The position numbers and the translations under genes were made by a program. Below the pieces are notes generated by a model, which was given only the letters and a program-made list of their open reading frames with translations, made no database searches and had not been told where the DNA came from. From contig CAVYRW010000004.1 of NCBI GenBank assembly GCA_963771045.1, positions 96,001 through 160,000 of the forward strand: a DNA stretch of 64,000 nt, written 5' to 3'. Position 1 is the first letter of the stretch; the number at the start of each line of letters is the position of its first letter. The stretch comes from Waddliaceae bacterium (GTDB taxonomy: Bacteria > Chlamydiota > Chlamydiia > Chlamydiales > SLFE01). Shown here one piece after another: positions 9,009-18,182 of the stretch.

Positions 9009-9735
9009 TTTTTCTCACTAGCCTTGAGCATCGCTGCCTGAGCGTGTTATTAAATCTCTCAATGTAGCTTGTCTTACCTGACTCCTTTCCGACTGGGCGA
9101 TGTTGTTCCCAAGGAAGGACTTCGTAGTAGATTGAGAACTTATCCGTATAAAAGACGGCTTTTTTTTTAAGTCCTCGGGGAGCTTCGCTAATAAGGATTC
9201 CGCTGCTTGCTTATTTCTTTTTCCTACATGCATAGCTAATACCTGTCGTGTACCTGAATGAAATGCGAGCCAAAGCCATATTGGATTTTTTTTCTTTCCT
9301 ACATAGCTCCACTGTTCATCAAGCTCAAGTATAGCTACCTCAAACTCTTCTTCTCCAGTGACATCCGCATTCAAATCTTCTGGAAGATCTTCGATTATTC
9401 TGTTCATAAAATTCAAAAGCCAGGGCATGCTGACGTCAAAGATTCTACAAATACCTTCGAGAGAAACGCGTTCAAGCAATGCCTGTCTTACTCTTGATTT
9501 TGTCTCATCTGATATTATTTTTTGCTGAGGATCGATGACGAATTGCCTTCCACAAGACAAACACCTATGATTTTGCTTTCCACTGTGAATATGGCCGTTC
9601 TTTTTGATACTGGTGGATTTACAGTTAGGACAAGTGGGTGTCATTTGGGTCCTCCATTCGTTTTAGAAACAAAGGAAAACGCACAAGGAAATCAATGTCA
9701 ATTCAAAAATTGAGCATTACATGTTATGGACCACC
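9009..9735 (-). mobile_element. IS1-family element copy 1 (insA/insB), 3' end removed by ISAs1
   Basis: CPNC...CLSCGRQF zinc finger, ELDEQWSYV, A-run frameshift site; IR GGTGGTCCATAACATGTAATGCT starting at 9735 on the minus strand. Confidence 0.9.
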
Positions 9736-9877
9736 CTTTCGTGATACAGTAGAAAAAGAAAATGGGTTATCAGGAATCTTATTTCGTTAAAATTTTATTT
9801 CATCAACTTGTAGGTTGTTCAAATTAAGCTGGTTTTGTCATGAAACATTTAGAAAAAAAGTGAAAAACTTAACAGAA

Positions 9878-10867
9878 TCATGCCGCTCTTGATTTTTCGT
9901 ATTTGACTGATTCAAGAAATTCTTGATTAAGTCCCTGTCCCCAATTGAGATAAATATTTGGATTTTGATCAACTAATTGGGATAAGATGTCTATTGATTT
10001 GTCATTCAATGGGTTATACCATATCGACAAATAATTAAGATGTTCTAATTCTAACAATTCTTCTGGAAGATTCTCTATTTTATTAAAATCTAATGTCAAC
10101 CCTCTCAGGTTCTTAAGATTTTTTATCTCTTGGGGAATCTGAGTAATCGAATTATTCATGACGCTCATATATTTTAGATTTGATAATTGAAAAATTGCTG
10201 TGTTTATTTCCTTTAACTTGTTGTCTGAAACTGAAAAATCTTCCAGGTTTTGGAGGTGGCGTATTTCATTTGGAATCTCTGAAATTTGGTTATTATCGAG
10301 TCTTAATGATATTAGTTTTGCTAATTTTCCTAATTCTGGAGAAATTTTCTTAATTCTATTATCCCGAAAATCTAGAAATTCTAGATTTATCAACCTAGAA
10401 ATATCTTGTGGTATTTCTTTGATATTTAATTCATTAAGTTCTAGATTGTTTATCATCTGGATTGGTTTCATCGTAATTATCTGATAATTAGCGAATTTCT
10501 TTGTCAGAAAGTCCTTTTCTTTGATATTTACATTTTTATTTTCAAAGCAAATAACTAAACATAGGTTGTTATCTACATTTTCTGAGTGGTCTATTGGGAA
10601 GAGAATGAAATCTATGCCTATGGAGAACAAGTCGTATAAAATTTCATCAGCTTCTTGTAATATTGGCAGGTGTTCGGTCAATTGGTTATTAGGAATTTTT
10701 TCTTTATGTTTGCTTTCTGATATTTGGATTTCTTTTCTATTGGACCAAAATTCGGTTAGTTCTTCTTTGAATTCATCTACCAGATTTTCATTATTTAATA
10801 AGTTATCAATTTTATCAAATCGTCCTTCAACCATCTCATCAATAAGTTTCTTGAATATGTCATCCAT
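9878..10867 (-). CDS. Leucine-rich repeat protein
   Basis: About seven 23-aa LRRs (LxxLxLxxNxIxxIPxEIxxL) in the C-terminal half. Confidence 0.88.
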   Translation of the reverse strand: MDDIFKKLIDEMVEGRFDKIDNLLNNENLVDEFKEELTEFWSNRKEIQISESKHKEKIPNNQLTEHLPILQEADEILYDLFSIGIDFILFPIDHSENVDNNLCLVICFENKNVNIKEKDFLTKKFANYQIITMKPIQMINNLELNELNIKEIPQDISRLINLEFLDFRDNRIKKISPELGKLAKLISLRLDNNQISEIPNEIRHLQNLEDFSVSDNKLKEINTAIFQLSNLKYMSVMNNSITQIPQEIKNLKNLRGLTLDFNKIENLPEELLELEHLNYLSIWYNPLNDKSIDILSQLVDQNPNIYLNWGQGLNQEFLESVKYEKSRAA

Positions 10868-11211
10868 AAAAACACCCTATAATTATTAACAGTAATTAAA
10901 AATATTATATATAGCCTCATTATAGCATAACTCTTAAAAACTAAAAAAATAAATTTGATTATAAATAATTTAAATTTATAGGGGTTTTTTAGCTCAGAAT
11001 ATATAAATAACTAATAATCAATTAGATAAATAAATCTATATTAAAAGAGCTGACAACTCCTTTTCAATCACTTTTCCCTGATATTGCTGTTTCTATTATT
11101 GTTAATTTTGATTTGATATTAACAAAATTAACAAAATTGATTAAATAAAAAATTTTAATTATAATTGTATTATAGTCTAAATCCTTACTATCATTAGTTT
11201 GGAGGTGGTTA

Positions 11212-12354
11212 ATGCAAAATCCTAATAATATACAACCTACCTCAGCTGGCAAGCTTAGCAGGCAATTCAATAAAGCAACCAAAAATAAGTCAGTTCTTTC
11301 CAGATCCGGCCGAGCTGTCAAAACACTTTCCGGACCTGATTCTATCAATCTATTGGCCGGAGAGTCTCTTTCGTTAGGGGAAGAGTCTGTTTCTCCGACA
11401 GCCAGGCTGTTATCTTCTGATATTAAAATAGGGGTATCCACCCCCAAATCCAATGCCATAACCAGACAGGGGAAGGTTGCTTTGAGAAGAGGAGATCTCA
11501 CTTTCATTGATGAAGATTTGGATGATTCTGATCGTTTTACTTTTTTAAATCAATTGGTTGAAGTAGAAAAAGAGATAAGTAATAATGATTTACAAATAAC
11601 CAAAAATTTTCTGAATAAGGAAGCATCAAAGCTTGGGTTTGATATTAAGACGGATTTTATGGAAAAAGATATTATCGGAATTAGAATAGAAGACGATTGT
11701 ATTTATTTTACTAAAAATTACAAAAAAGCAGACCTTATAATTAGTCCAGATGGATTAATTTTAGCGAAAAATGAAACACTTAAACAACACCTTATTACTG
11801 TTCTAAATAAAAATAATTTCCATTTTTCTAATGATATAGACCCCGAGATTAGGGAACAAATACTATCAAATATTTACTATCTCAATATTATTGTTGTGGG
11901 TGAGGAGAAATGGAATCGGGTCATCAGACTTATAGAAATGTATCGAGTTGTTAAAAAGGTTTCAGAAGTTAAGGAAAAACAAAGGAAGGTTGATTTTGGA
12001 AAACAACTAAAACTTCCTCCATTAATCGATCGAGATCTCAGAGATTTATATCCTGATAGAAAAGAATTCGATTTTTCATTAATTATAAATATAATGAAAA
12101 GCAATTATTATTTTACCAATATGGCTGAAATTATATCTATAATTTTAAACCATATTCTTGAATTAAAGAAAGAGTTGAAAGAGGAAGAATTACAAGAGAG
12201 ATTAAGAGAAATTAAAAAAGAATTTCGCAATCTGCTAGATTTACGTTTTGAAATGAGTCAAAAAGATCAAAAAATTAACGATATCGTCTATGATAACACA
12301 ACGTCCTTCCTTAGATTTCTTCTTAAGAAGGACAGAAAGTTCACAATATTATAA
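11212..12354 (+). CDS. Hypothetical protein with S/T-rich N-terminus and C-terminal coiled coil
   Basis: 380-aa ORF in AT-rich DNA, with GGAGGT RBS. Confidence 0.7.
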   Translation: MQNPNNIQPTSAGKLSRQFNKATKNKSVLSRSGRAVKTLSGPDSINLLAGESLSLGEESVSPTARLLSSDIKIGVSTPKSNAITRQGKVALRRGDLTFIDEDLDDSDRFTFLNQLVEVEKEISNNDLQITKNFLNKEASKLGFDIKTDFMEKDIIGIRIEDDCIYFTKNYKKADLIISPDGLILAKNETLKQHLITVLNKNNFHFSNDIDPEIREQILSNIYYLNIIVVGEEKWNRVIRLIEMYRVVKKVSEVKEKQRKVDFGKQLKLPPLIDRDLRDLYPDRKEFDFSLIINIMKSNYYFTNMAEIISIILNHILELKKELKEEELQERLREIKKEFRNLLDLRFEMSQKDQKINDIVYDNTTSFLRFLLKKDRKFTIL

Positions 12355-12365
12355 TAATATTAAAT

Positions 12366-12911
12366 TTATTTTGCCACTATCATAATACCTTTTTCATAAG
12401 TTATTATGATATACAAATGTAGTTTTCTTCCTTTATTCGGATGGTAAAATAAATTTCCATCTCCCTTAATTCCTATAGAATTATATTGATCCTTCATCTT
12501 GTCGAATAAGGCGCTGTCCGTTACAAACATTATCGAGTTTTTATTTTTATCTGTATAAGAACAATGTGTTATTTGTCCTTTCATAAGTGATATAAGGTCT
12601 CGAACCATTTCAGGCCGTGTTTCCTTAATTTCTTTCAGATCAAATTTTTCAAATTTTTCAAATTTTTCTTTGAAATTCTTCTTTAATCTCTCGGTGTTCG
12701 TTTGATCCTTATGATGAACTGGATTTGGAACTCTGGATTGATGATAAGGAGTTGTATGTGTGAAAGTTTTACCATTGAGATTGTCCTGTCCTGGCTGGTG
12801 ATGGACGGGGATGCGAGCACCAACGCCTCGTTGAGGGCCTGGCTTGGATTGGGTGCGCTGAGGCCCCGATTTACTGTGCCCTATTTGAAAGCCTAGAATT
12901 TTCATAACCAT
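12366..12911 (-). CDS. Hypothetical protein with disordered N-terminus
   Basis: 181-aa ORF with AGGAG RBS, convergent with the previous gene. Confidence 0.6.
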   Translation of the reverse strand: MVMKILGFQIGHSKSGPQRTQSKPGPQRGVGARIPVHHQPGQDNLNGKTFTHTTPYHQSRVPNPVHHKDQTNTERLKKNFKEKFEKFEKFDLKEIKETRPEMVRDLISLMKGQITHCSYTDKNKNSIMFVTDSALFDKMKDQYNSIGIKGDGNLFYHPNKGRKLHLYIIITYEKGIMIVAK

Positions 12912-13180
12912 CTCCTTGTAAGAGCTTTATAATTTTCTGTTATCTTAGTGTATTGTTAGCATTAAGATTATGCAAAAATTATATCAAAGAAGAATTATTA
13001 TTATCAAGCATTAATTTTATACTAATCAATCTTTTGTTTTCATTATAACAAATTATTTAAATTTATGTAGTAAATAGTTTTTGTTTTAACTCTATTAAAA
13101 TGGATTGTTTATTTGTTCTCTCCCTATGGTTTAAATTCTTCTTATCAGTAATCCAATAGTTTGGATATGAAAGACTTGTG

Positions 13181-14005
13181 GGTGGTCCATAACATGTAAT
13201 GCTCAATTTTTGAATTGACATTGATTTCCTTGTGCGTTTTCCTTTGTTTCTAAAACGAATGGAGGACCCAAATGACACCCACTTGTCCTAACTGTAAATC
13301 CACCAGTATCAAAAAGAACGGCCATATTCACAGTGGAAAGCAAAATCATAGGTGTTTGTCTTGTGGAAGGCAATTCGTCATCGATCCTCAGCAAAAAATA
13401 ATATCAGATGAGACAAAATCAAGAGTAAGACAGGCATTGCTTGAACGCGTTTCTCTCGAAGGTATTTGTAGAATCTTTAACGTCAGCATGCCCTGGCTTT
13501 TGAATTTTATGAACAGAATAATCGAAGATCTTCCATAAGATTTGAATGCGGATGTCACTGGAGAAGAAGAGTTTGAGGTAGCTATACTTGAGCTTGATGA
13601 ACAGTGGATCTATGTAGGAAAGAAAAAAAATCCAATATGGCTTTGGCTCGCATTTCATTCAGGTACACGACAGGTATTAGCTATGCATGTAGGAAAAAGA
13701 AATAAGCAAGCAGCAGAATCCTTATTAGCGAAGCTCCCCGAGGACTTAAAAAAAAGCCGTCTTTTATACGGATAAGTTCTCAATCTACTACGAAGTCCTT
13801 CCTTGGGAACAACATCGCCCAGTCGGAAAGGAGTCAGGTAAGACAAGCTACATTGAGAGATTTAATAACACGCTCAGGCAGCGATGCTCAAGGCTAGTGA
13901 GAAAAACCCTTTCATTTTCAAAGAAAATTGAGAACCATATTGGCATGATAAAATATTTTATATGTGACTATAACCAGAGAAAAGCATTACAAGTTTAGGA
14001 CTACC
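13181..14005 (+). mobile_element. IS1-family element copy 2, full length, with an in-frame stop at 13536-13538
   Basis: IRL GGTGGTCCATAACATGTAATGCT and IRR AGCATTACAAGTTTAGGACTACC. Near-identical to copy 1 except GAA to TAA. Confidence 0.9.
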
Positions 14006-14055
14006 CTAAATCGCACCAAATTTGGTACAATTATATTAGAAAGGAAAACTTATTT

Positions 14056-14122
14056 ATGAATGGCTCCAGGCCACCGAAAAAGATTGTTTCAGTTGTTTTC
14101 TACCGAGAAGAGACTGGTTCTG
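14056..14122 (+). pseudogene. 5' stub of a probable RelE/Gp49-like toxin gene, truncated by IS3
   Basis: AAGGA RBS then MNGSRPPKKIVSVVFYREETGS, resembling the 'V.FYrtexG.ePv' N-terminus of Gp49/RelE-like proteins. Confidence 0.4.
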
Positions 14123-15489
14123 TGTAATGGTCCCCAAAATTAGGACCACATGCTAAGCTAATATCCTCCTGAAAATCGGAGGATAAAAATGACCCGTAAA
14201 CGTAGGAAATTCTCAGCTGAGTTCAAGCTCAAAGCTGTAACTGAAATCTTGAAAGGAGAAAAGACCGCTTCCCAATTAGCAGGCGAGCTTGGTGTTCACC
14301 CCGTGGTTCTATCCGAGTGGAAAAAGCACTTTCTGGAGGTAGGACCTCAAATCTTCGAAAAACCTAAAAAGGCATCAAAGGTAAATCAGGAAGAGAAAGA
14401 AAAGGCCGAATTGTTCGAGCAGATCGGTCGACTCAAGATGGAAAACGAATGGCTTAAAAAAAATTGAGGACCTGGATTTAAATGACCGACGAGCCCTCAT
14501 TGAACCATCTCATCCACACTTTTCTCAGAGAAAACAGTGTGAAATTCTCTCTTTGCACCGCTCTGGATTATATTATCAACCGGCAGAACCGGGTGAGGAC
14601 ACTCTCCGCCTCATGCGTGCAATCGATGAAGAATATCTTGAAAATCCTCACTATGGGAGGAGGCAAATGGGTGAAATAATGAGGGCTCGGGGGTTTGATG
14701 TGGGCAATAAGAAGATCAGATCACTGATGCGTCTGGTGGGATTAGAAGCTATTTACCCCAAACAAAACCTGAGCAAACCCAACAAAGAGCATAAAAAATA
14801 TCCCTATTTGCTCCGTGGATTGAAAATTGACCGACCCGATCAAACCTGGGCAGGAGATATCACCTATATCCCACTTCTGCACGGCTTTGGTTACCTTTTC
14901 GCGATCATTGACTGGTTTAGTCGTTATGTGATCGAGTGGGAGTTGTCCAATCTACTAGATAGCAGTTTTTGTGTTGAAGCACTTGATAGAGGTCTTGTCG
15001 ATACAAGACCCGAGATTTTCAACACAGATCAAGGGGTGCAATTCACAAGTTGCTGCTTTGTCGGCAGACTTGAAGAGAATGAGGTAAAAGTGAGCATGGA
15101 CGGAAAAGGGCGGGCTCTTGACAATGTATTCATTGAAAGGCTCTGGAGAAGCGTAAAGTATGAGAACGTTTATCCAAGAGGATATGAGACTCTGAAAGAA
15201 GTCCGTCAGGGACTGAAAGGCTATTTCAAGTACTACAATGAGAGAAGGCCTCATCAAGGGCTTGATTATCGAACTCCAGCTGAGGTATATTTTGCGAAGT
15301 AGTATCCAAAGCGCCGGCGCGCGCTCCCCCCATGGGGGGAGCAAGGCTTGTGCCTTCGGATATGGAAGCGAACTAGTACTCTGAGGTTAGAGAAGAAAAC
15401 TGTGAAATACAGAAAAAGGAACTTTTAACAACCAGAGGATGTTAGCTTAAGTTTTGGTGATTTTGGTCCTAAGGAAGGGACCCACCTCA
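14123..15489 (+). mobile_element. IS3-family element
   Basis: TG...CA ends with imperfect IRs TGTAATGGTCCCCAAAATTAGGACCA and TGGTCCTAAGGAAGGGACCCACCTCA. Confidence 0.88.
14189..15302 (+). CDS. IS3 transposase OrfA (14189..14467) and OrfB, joined by a -1 frameshift
   Basis: RRKFSAEFK HTH; A8 slippery run near 14456-14463; DDE motifs WAGDITY, NTDQG, DNVFIERLWRSVKYE. Confidence 0.92.
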
Positions 15490-15644
15490 TATATTCTTTC
15501 TCGAATGCCCCTTTAATTTAATAAAATTAAATAGAGAATAGGCTGCTCACGTGGGCACGCGCATTCTATTCCCTTAAGTTTACAGCATTGGATCCTCCCC
15601 GAATGCTTACATATTCTTTATTTAGAACTTGATGTGGATTTCAT

Positions 15645-16745
15645 TCATAAGATAACCATATTATCGCGATGGACCACTTCCGGTCCAAACGTATAGCCTA
15701 AAACTTCTTCGATTTTTTCAGAATGGGTTCGCTTGATTTTAGCGATTTCGTCGTGGGAATAGTTTGAAATCCCGACTCCCATAAGTCCTTCTTTCGTTCT
15801 AATTTGTATGAGCGCTCCGCGATCGAATCTGCCTTGAGCCTCTGTGATGCCGATAGGAAGAAGGCTGGCTCCGCCGGTCCTGAGTTTGTTTGCGGCCCCT
15901 TGATCCACAAAAACTTTTCCCTTGGGTTTTTCTGACAAAAGCCACCGTTTGCGGCTTTCGCGGGGAGACTCTGTCGCGGCGAACCTTGTGCCGGCCGTTT
16001 CCCCTTTGGCGAGTTTGAGGAGGACGTCGGGAAGATCCATGGAGGTGATCTCTGTCGGGGTGCCGCTGTGTGAGGCAAGCTGGGCAGCCTCGATTTTGGT
16101 CGCCATTCCTCCGGTGCCTAGCTTTGTCGACGTGTTTTTTGCCGCTTCGACAACTTGATCGTTGATCGTTTTGACAAGGGGGATCATTTTCGCGTCGGGA
16201 TTGAGCCTCGGGTCTTTGTCGTAGAGCCCTTTTTGATCGGTTAGTATCACGAAGAGGTCGGCAGCGATCATGTTGGCGATATGCGCGCCGAGATTGTCAT
16301 TGTCTCCCACAAGGCTTTTCTTGTTGGCGACGGTGTCATTTTCATTGACAATGGGGAGTAGGGCGTGGTCAAGCATGGCATGCAGCGTGTCGCGGATGTT
16401 GAGGTAGGCCTCTCTGCTTGTAAAATCGCTTCTGGTGAGGAGAATCTGCCCTACATGGATATCGTGGAGTCCGAACAGCTCGGTCCAGATTTCCATCAAG
16501 CGCACCTGCCCTACCGAGCAGAGCATTTGTTTGGAGGGTACCGATTTGTCCTGTTTGTATTCGGGAATGACCTCCCTTCCGGCTGCCAGAGCGCCCGATG
16601 TGACGAGGACGACTTTGACCCCCTTGCTGTGCAGCCTCGCCACCTGTCTGGCGGCCTCGAGCATTGCGGGACGCGACAAATTCAGCGTTCCTTTCGTTAA
16701 GGTGCTGGTGCCCAGTTTGATGACGATTATTTTAAGACCTGACAT
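15645..16745 (-). CDS. proB: Glutamate 5-kinase with PUA domain
   Basis: IKLGTSTL, VTSGA, NENDTV, GDND, GTGGMATK, HRDNMV. Confidence 0.97.
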   Translation of the reverse strand: MSGLKIIVIKLGTSTLTKGTLNLSRPAMLEAARQVARLHSKGVKVVLVTSGALAAGREVIPEYKQDKSVPSKQMLCSVGQVRLMEIWTELFGLHDIHVGQILLTRSDFTSREAYLNIRDTLHAMLDHALLPIVNENDTVANKKSLVGDNDNLGAHIANMIAADLFVILTDQKGLYDKDPRLNPDAKMIPLVKTINDQVVEAAKNTSTKLGTGGMATKIEAAQLASHSGTPTEITSMDLPDVLLKLAKGETAGTRFAATESPRESRKRWLLSEKPKGKVFVDQGAANKLRTGGASLLPIGITEAQGRFDRGALIQIRTKEGLMGVGISNYSHDEIAKIKRTHSEKIEEVLGYTFGPEVVHRDNMVIL

Positions 16746-16796
16746 TTTTTCACAGTTTATTTATCATTATCTTACCAAAACGGAGGAGATTGCACC

Positions 16797-17129
16797 ATGA
16801 TTACCTACGATGATTTTACCAAAGTCGATATTCGGGTCGGAACAATTGTTGACGTTAAGGAGTTTCCGGAGGCCAGACGGCCCGCTTATAAATTGAAAGT
16901 GGATTTTGGGGAGGGGCTTGGAGTCAAAAAATCTTCGGCCCAGATTACCAGGCATTATCAAGTTGATGATCTTGTCGGGAGGCAAGTCATTGCTGTTGTA
17001 AATTTTCCGCCCAAGCAAATTGGTCCTGCGCTTTCTGAAATTCTTGTTTTAGGCTTAAGCGATGAGGAGGGAAATATTGTCCTTTTAGGCCCTGACAAGA
17101 AGGTTCCGAACGGCAGCAAGATGCATTAA
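16797..17129 (+). CDS. csaA: CsaA/Trbp111 tRNA-binding chaperone
   Basis: DIRVGTI, SSAQIT, VVNFPPKQIG. Confidence 0.9.
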   Translation: MITYDDFTKVDIRVGTIVDVKEFPEARRPAYKLKVDFGEGLGVKKSSAQITRHYQVDDLVGRQVIAVVNFPPKQIGPALSEILVLGLSDEEGNIVLLGPDKKVPNGSKMH

Positions 17130-17156
17130 TTGGAGAGTTGTGGTAAGCCTAAAAGA

Positions 17157-17645
17157 ATGGAAGATCAAGAATGGCTGCTTAAATTATCCAGAAGAGTCGG
17201 GATTGCCATCTATATTCTGGCAAGCTTCATTTTAACTCTCTACGCTCTCGGTATGATCTTCACCTCAGGCTTTCAGATCTACCAGTCTTTAAAAACAGGT
17301 CATTCGCTTCTCGATTCCATGCTGGACGGAGTGAGCCTGCTTGTCATATCCATCGCTGTTTTAGATGTCGGAAAATATTTTTTTGAAGAAGAGGTTTACC
17401 GTTCCAGGGAACTGAGGACCGCCAAGGAAGCCAGAAGGACGCTGACCAAGTTTTTGGTGATCATCCTCATCGCTATCTTGCTTGAGATTCTCGTGTATAT
17501 CTTCGAATCGGGAACAGAACATATGGCAATGCTCCTCTATCCCGCAATTCTTTTATTTGCGGCAAGCTTTCTTGTTATTGCTTTGGGAATTTATCAGCGG
17601 CTTAGCATCTTTACGGAAAAAGAAGACCTAGACGATTCAAGGTAA
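17157..17645 (+). CDS. Four-TM membrane protein (PsiE-like)
   Basis: Four hydrophobic segments; EARRTLTKF. Confidence 0.65.
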   Translation: MEDQEWLLKLSRRVGIAIYILASFILTLYALGMIFTSGFQIYQSLKTGHSLLDSMLDGVSLLVISIAVLDVGKYFFEEEVYRSRELRTAKEARRTLTKFLVIILIAILLEILVYIFESGTEHMAMLLYPAILLFAASFLVIALGIYQRLSIFTEKEDLDDSR

Positions 17646-18152
17646 TACATCCAGGATGCTTTTGCAAAACAGCGGCAGGTCTTTGGGCATCCGGCTTGAG
17701 ACCAGGTTTCTATCCACCACGACAGGTTCGTCCGACCAGTCGGCCCCCGAGTTGATGATATCGTCTTTAATCGTGTGGTAAGAGGTGCACTTCCGCCCTT
17801 TTAAGATTCCTGCTGATGCCGGAACCCAGCCGGCGTGGCAGATAAAGGCAACGAGCTTTTCCTGCTCATCGAATTTGCGGGTCAGGTCGAGGGCTTTCGG
17901 CATGGCCCTCAGTTTGTCCGGAGCGTATCCTCCCGGTATGACCAGCCCTTGGAAGTCATCGGCGGACATATTTTGTATCGCCACTTCCGACTTGCAGGGG
18001 TATCCGTGCTTGCCTGCATATTCCGTACTGGATTCGGGACCAGCAACATGGACCTCGTACCCTTCTTCGATTAAACGAAGGCGGGGGTAATGAAGTTCCA
18101 GCTCCTCATAAAGGTGATGGACGAAGATCAGAATTTTTTTATTATGTGGCAT
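17637..18152 (-). CDS. PfpI/DJ-1 family type 1 glutamine amidotransferase-like protein
   Basis: YEELE, IPGGYAPDKLR, ICHAG. Confidence 0.92.
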   Translation of the reverse strand: MPHNKKILIFVHHLYEELELHYPRLRLIEEGYEVHVAGPESSTEYAGKHGYPCKSEVAIQNMSADDFQGLVIPGGYAPDKLRAMPKALDLTRKFDEQEKLVAFICHAGWVPASAGILKGRKCTSYHTIKDDIINSGADWSDEPVVVDRNLVSSRMPKDLPLFCKSILDVLP

Positions 18153-18182
18153 AACCGCGATAGTGTCAGATTGCCCATTTAT

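Noticed and set aside
14456..14467. Frameshift between the IS3 ORFs, and in the IS1 A-runs
   Set aside because: Expected programmed -1 frameshifting for these families.
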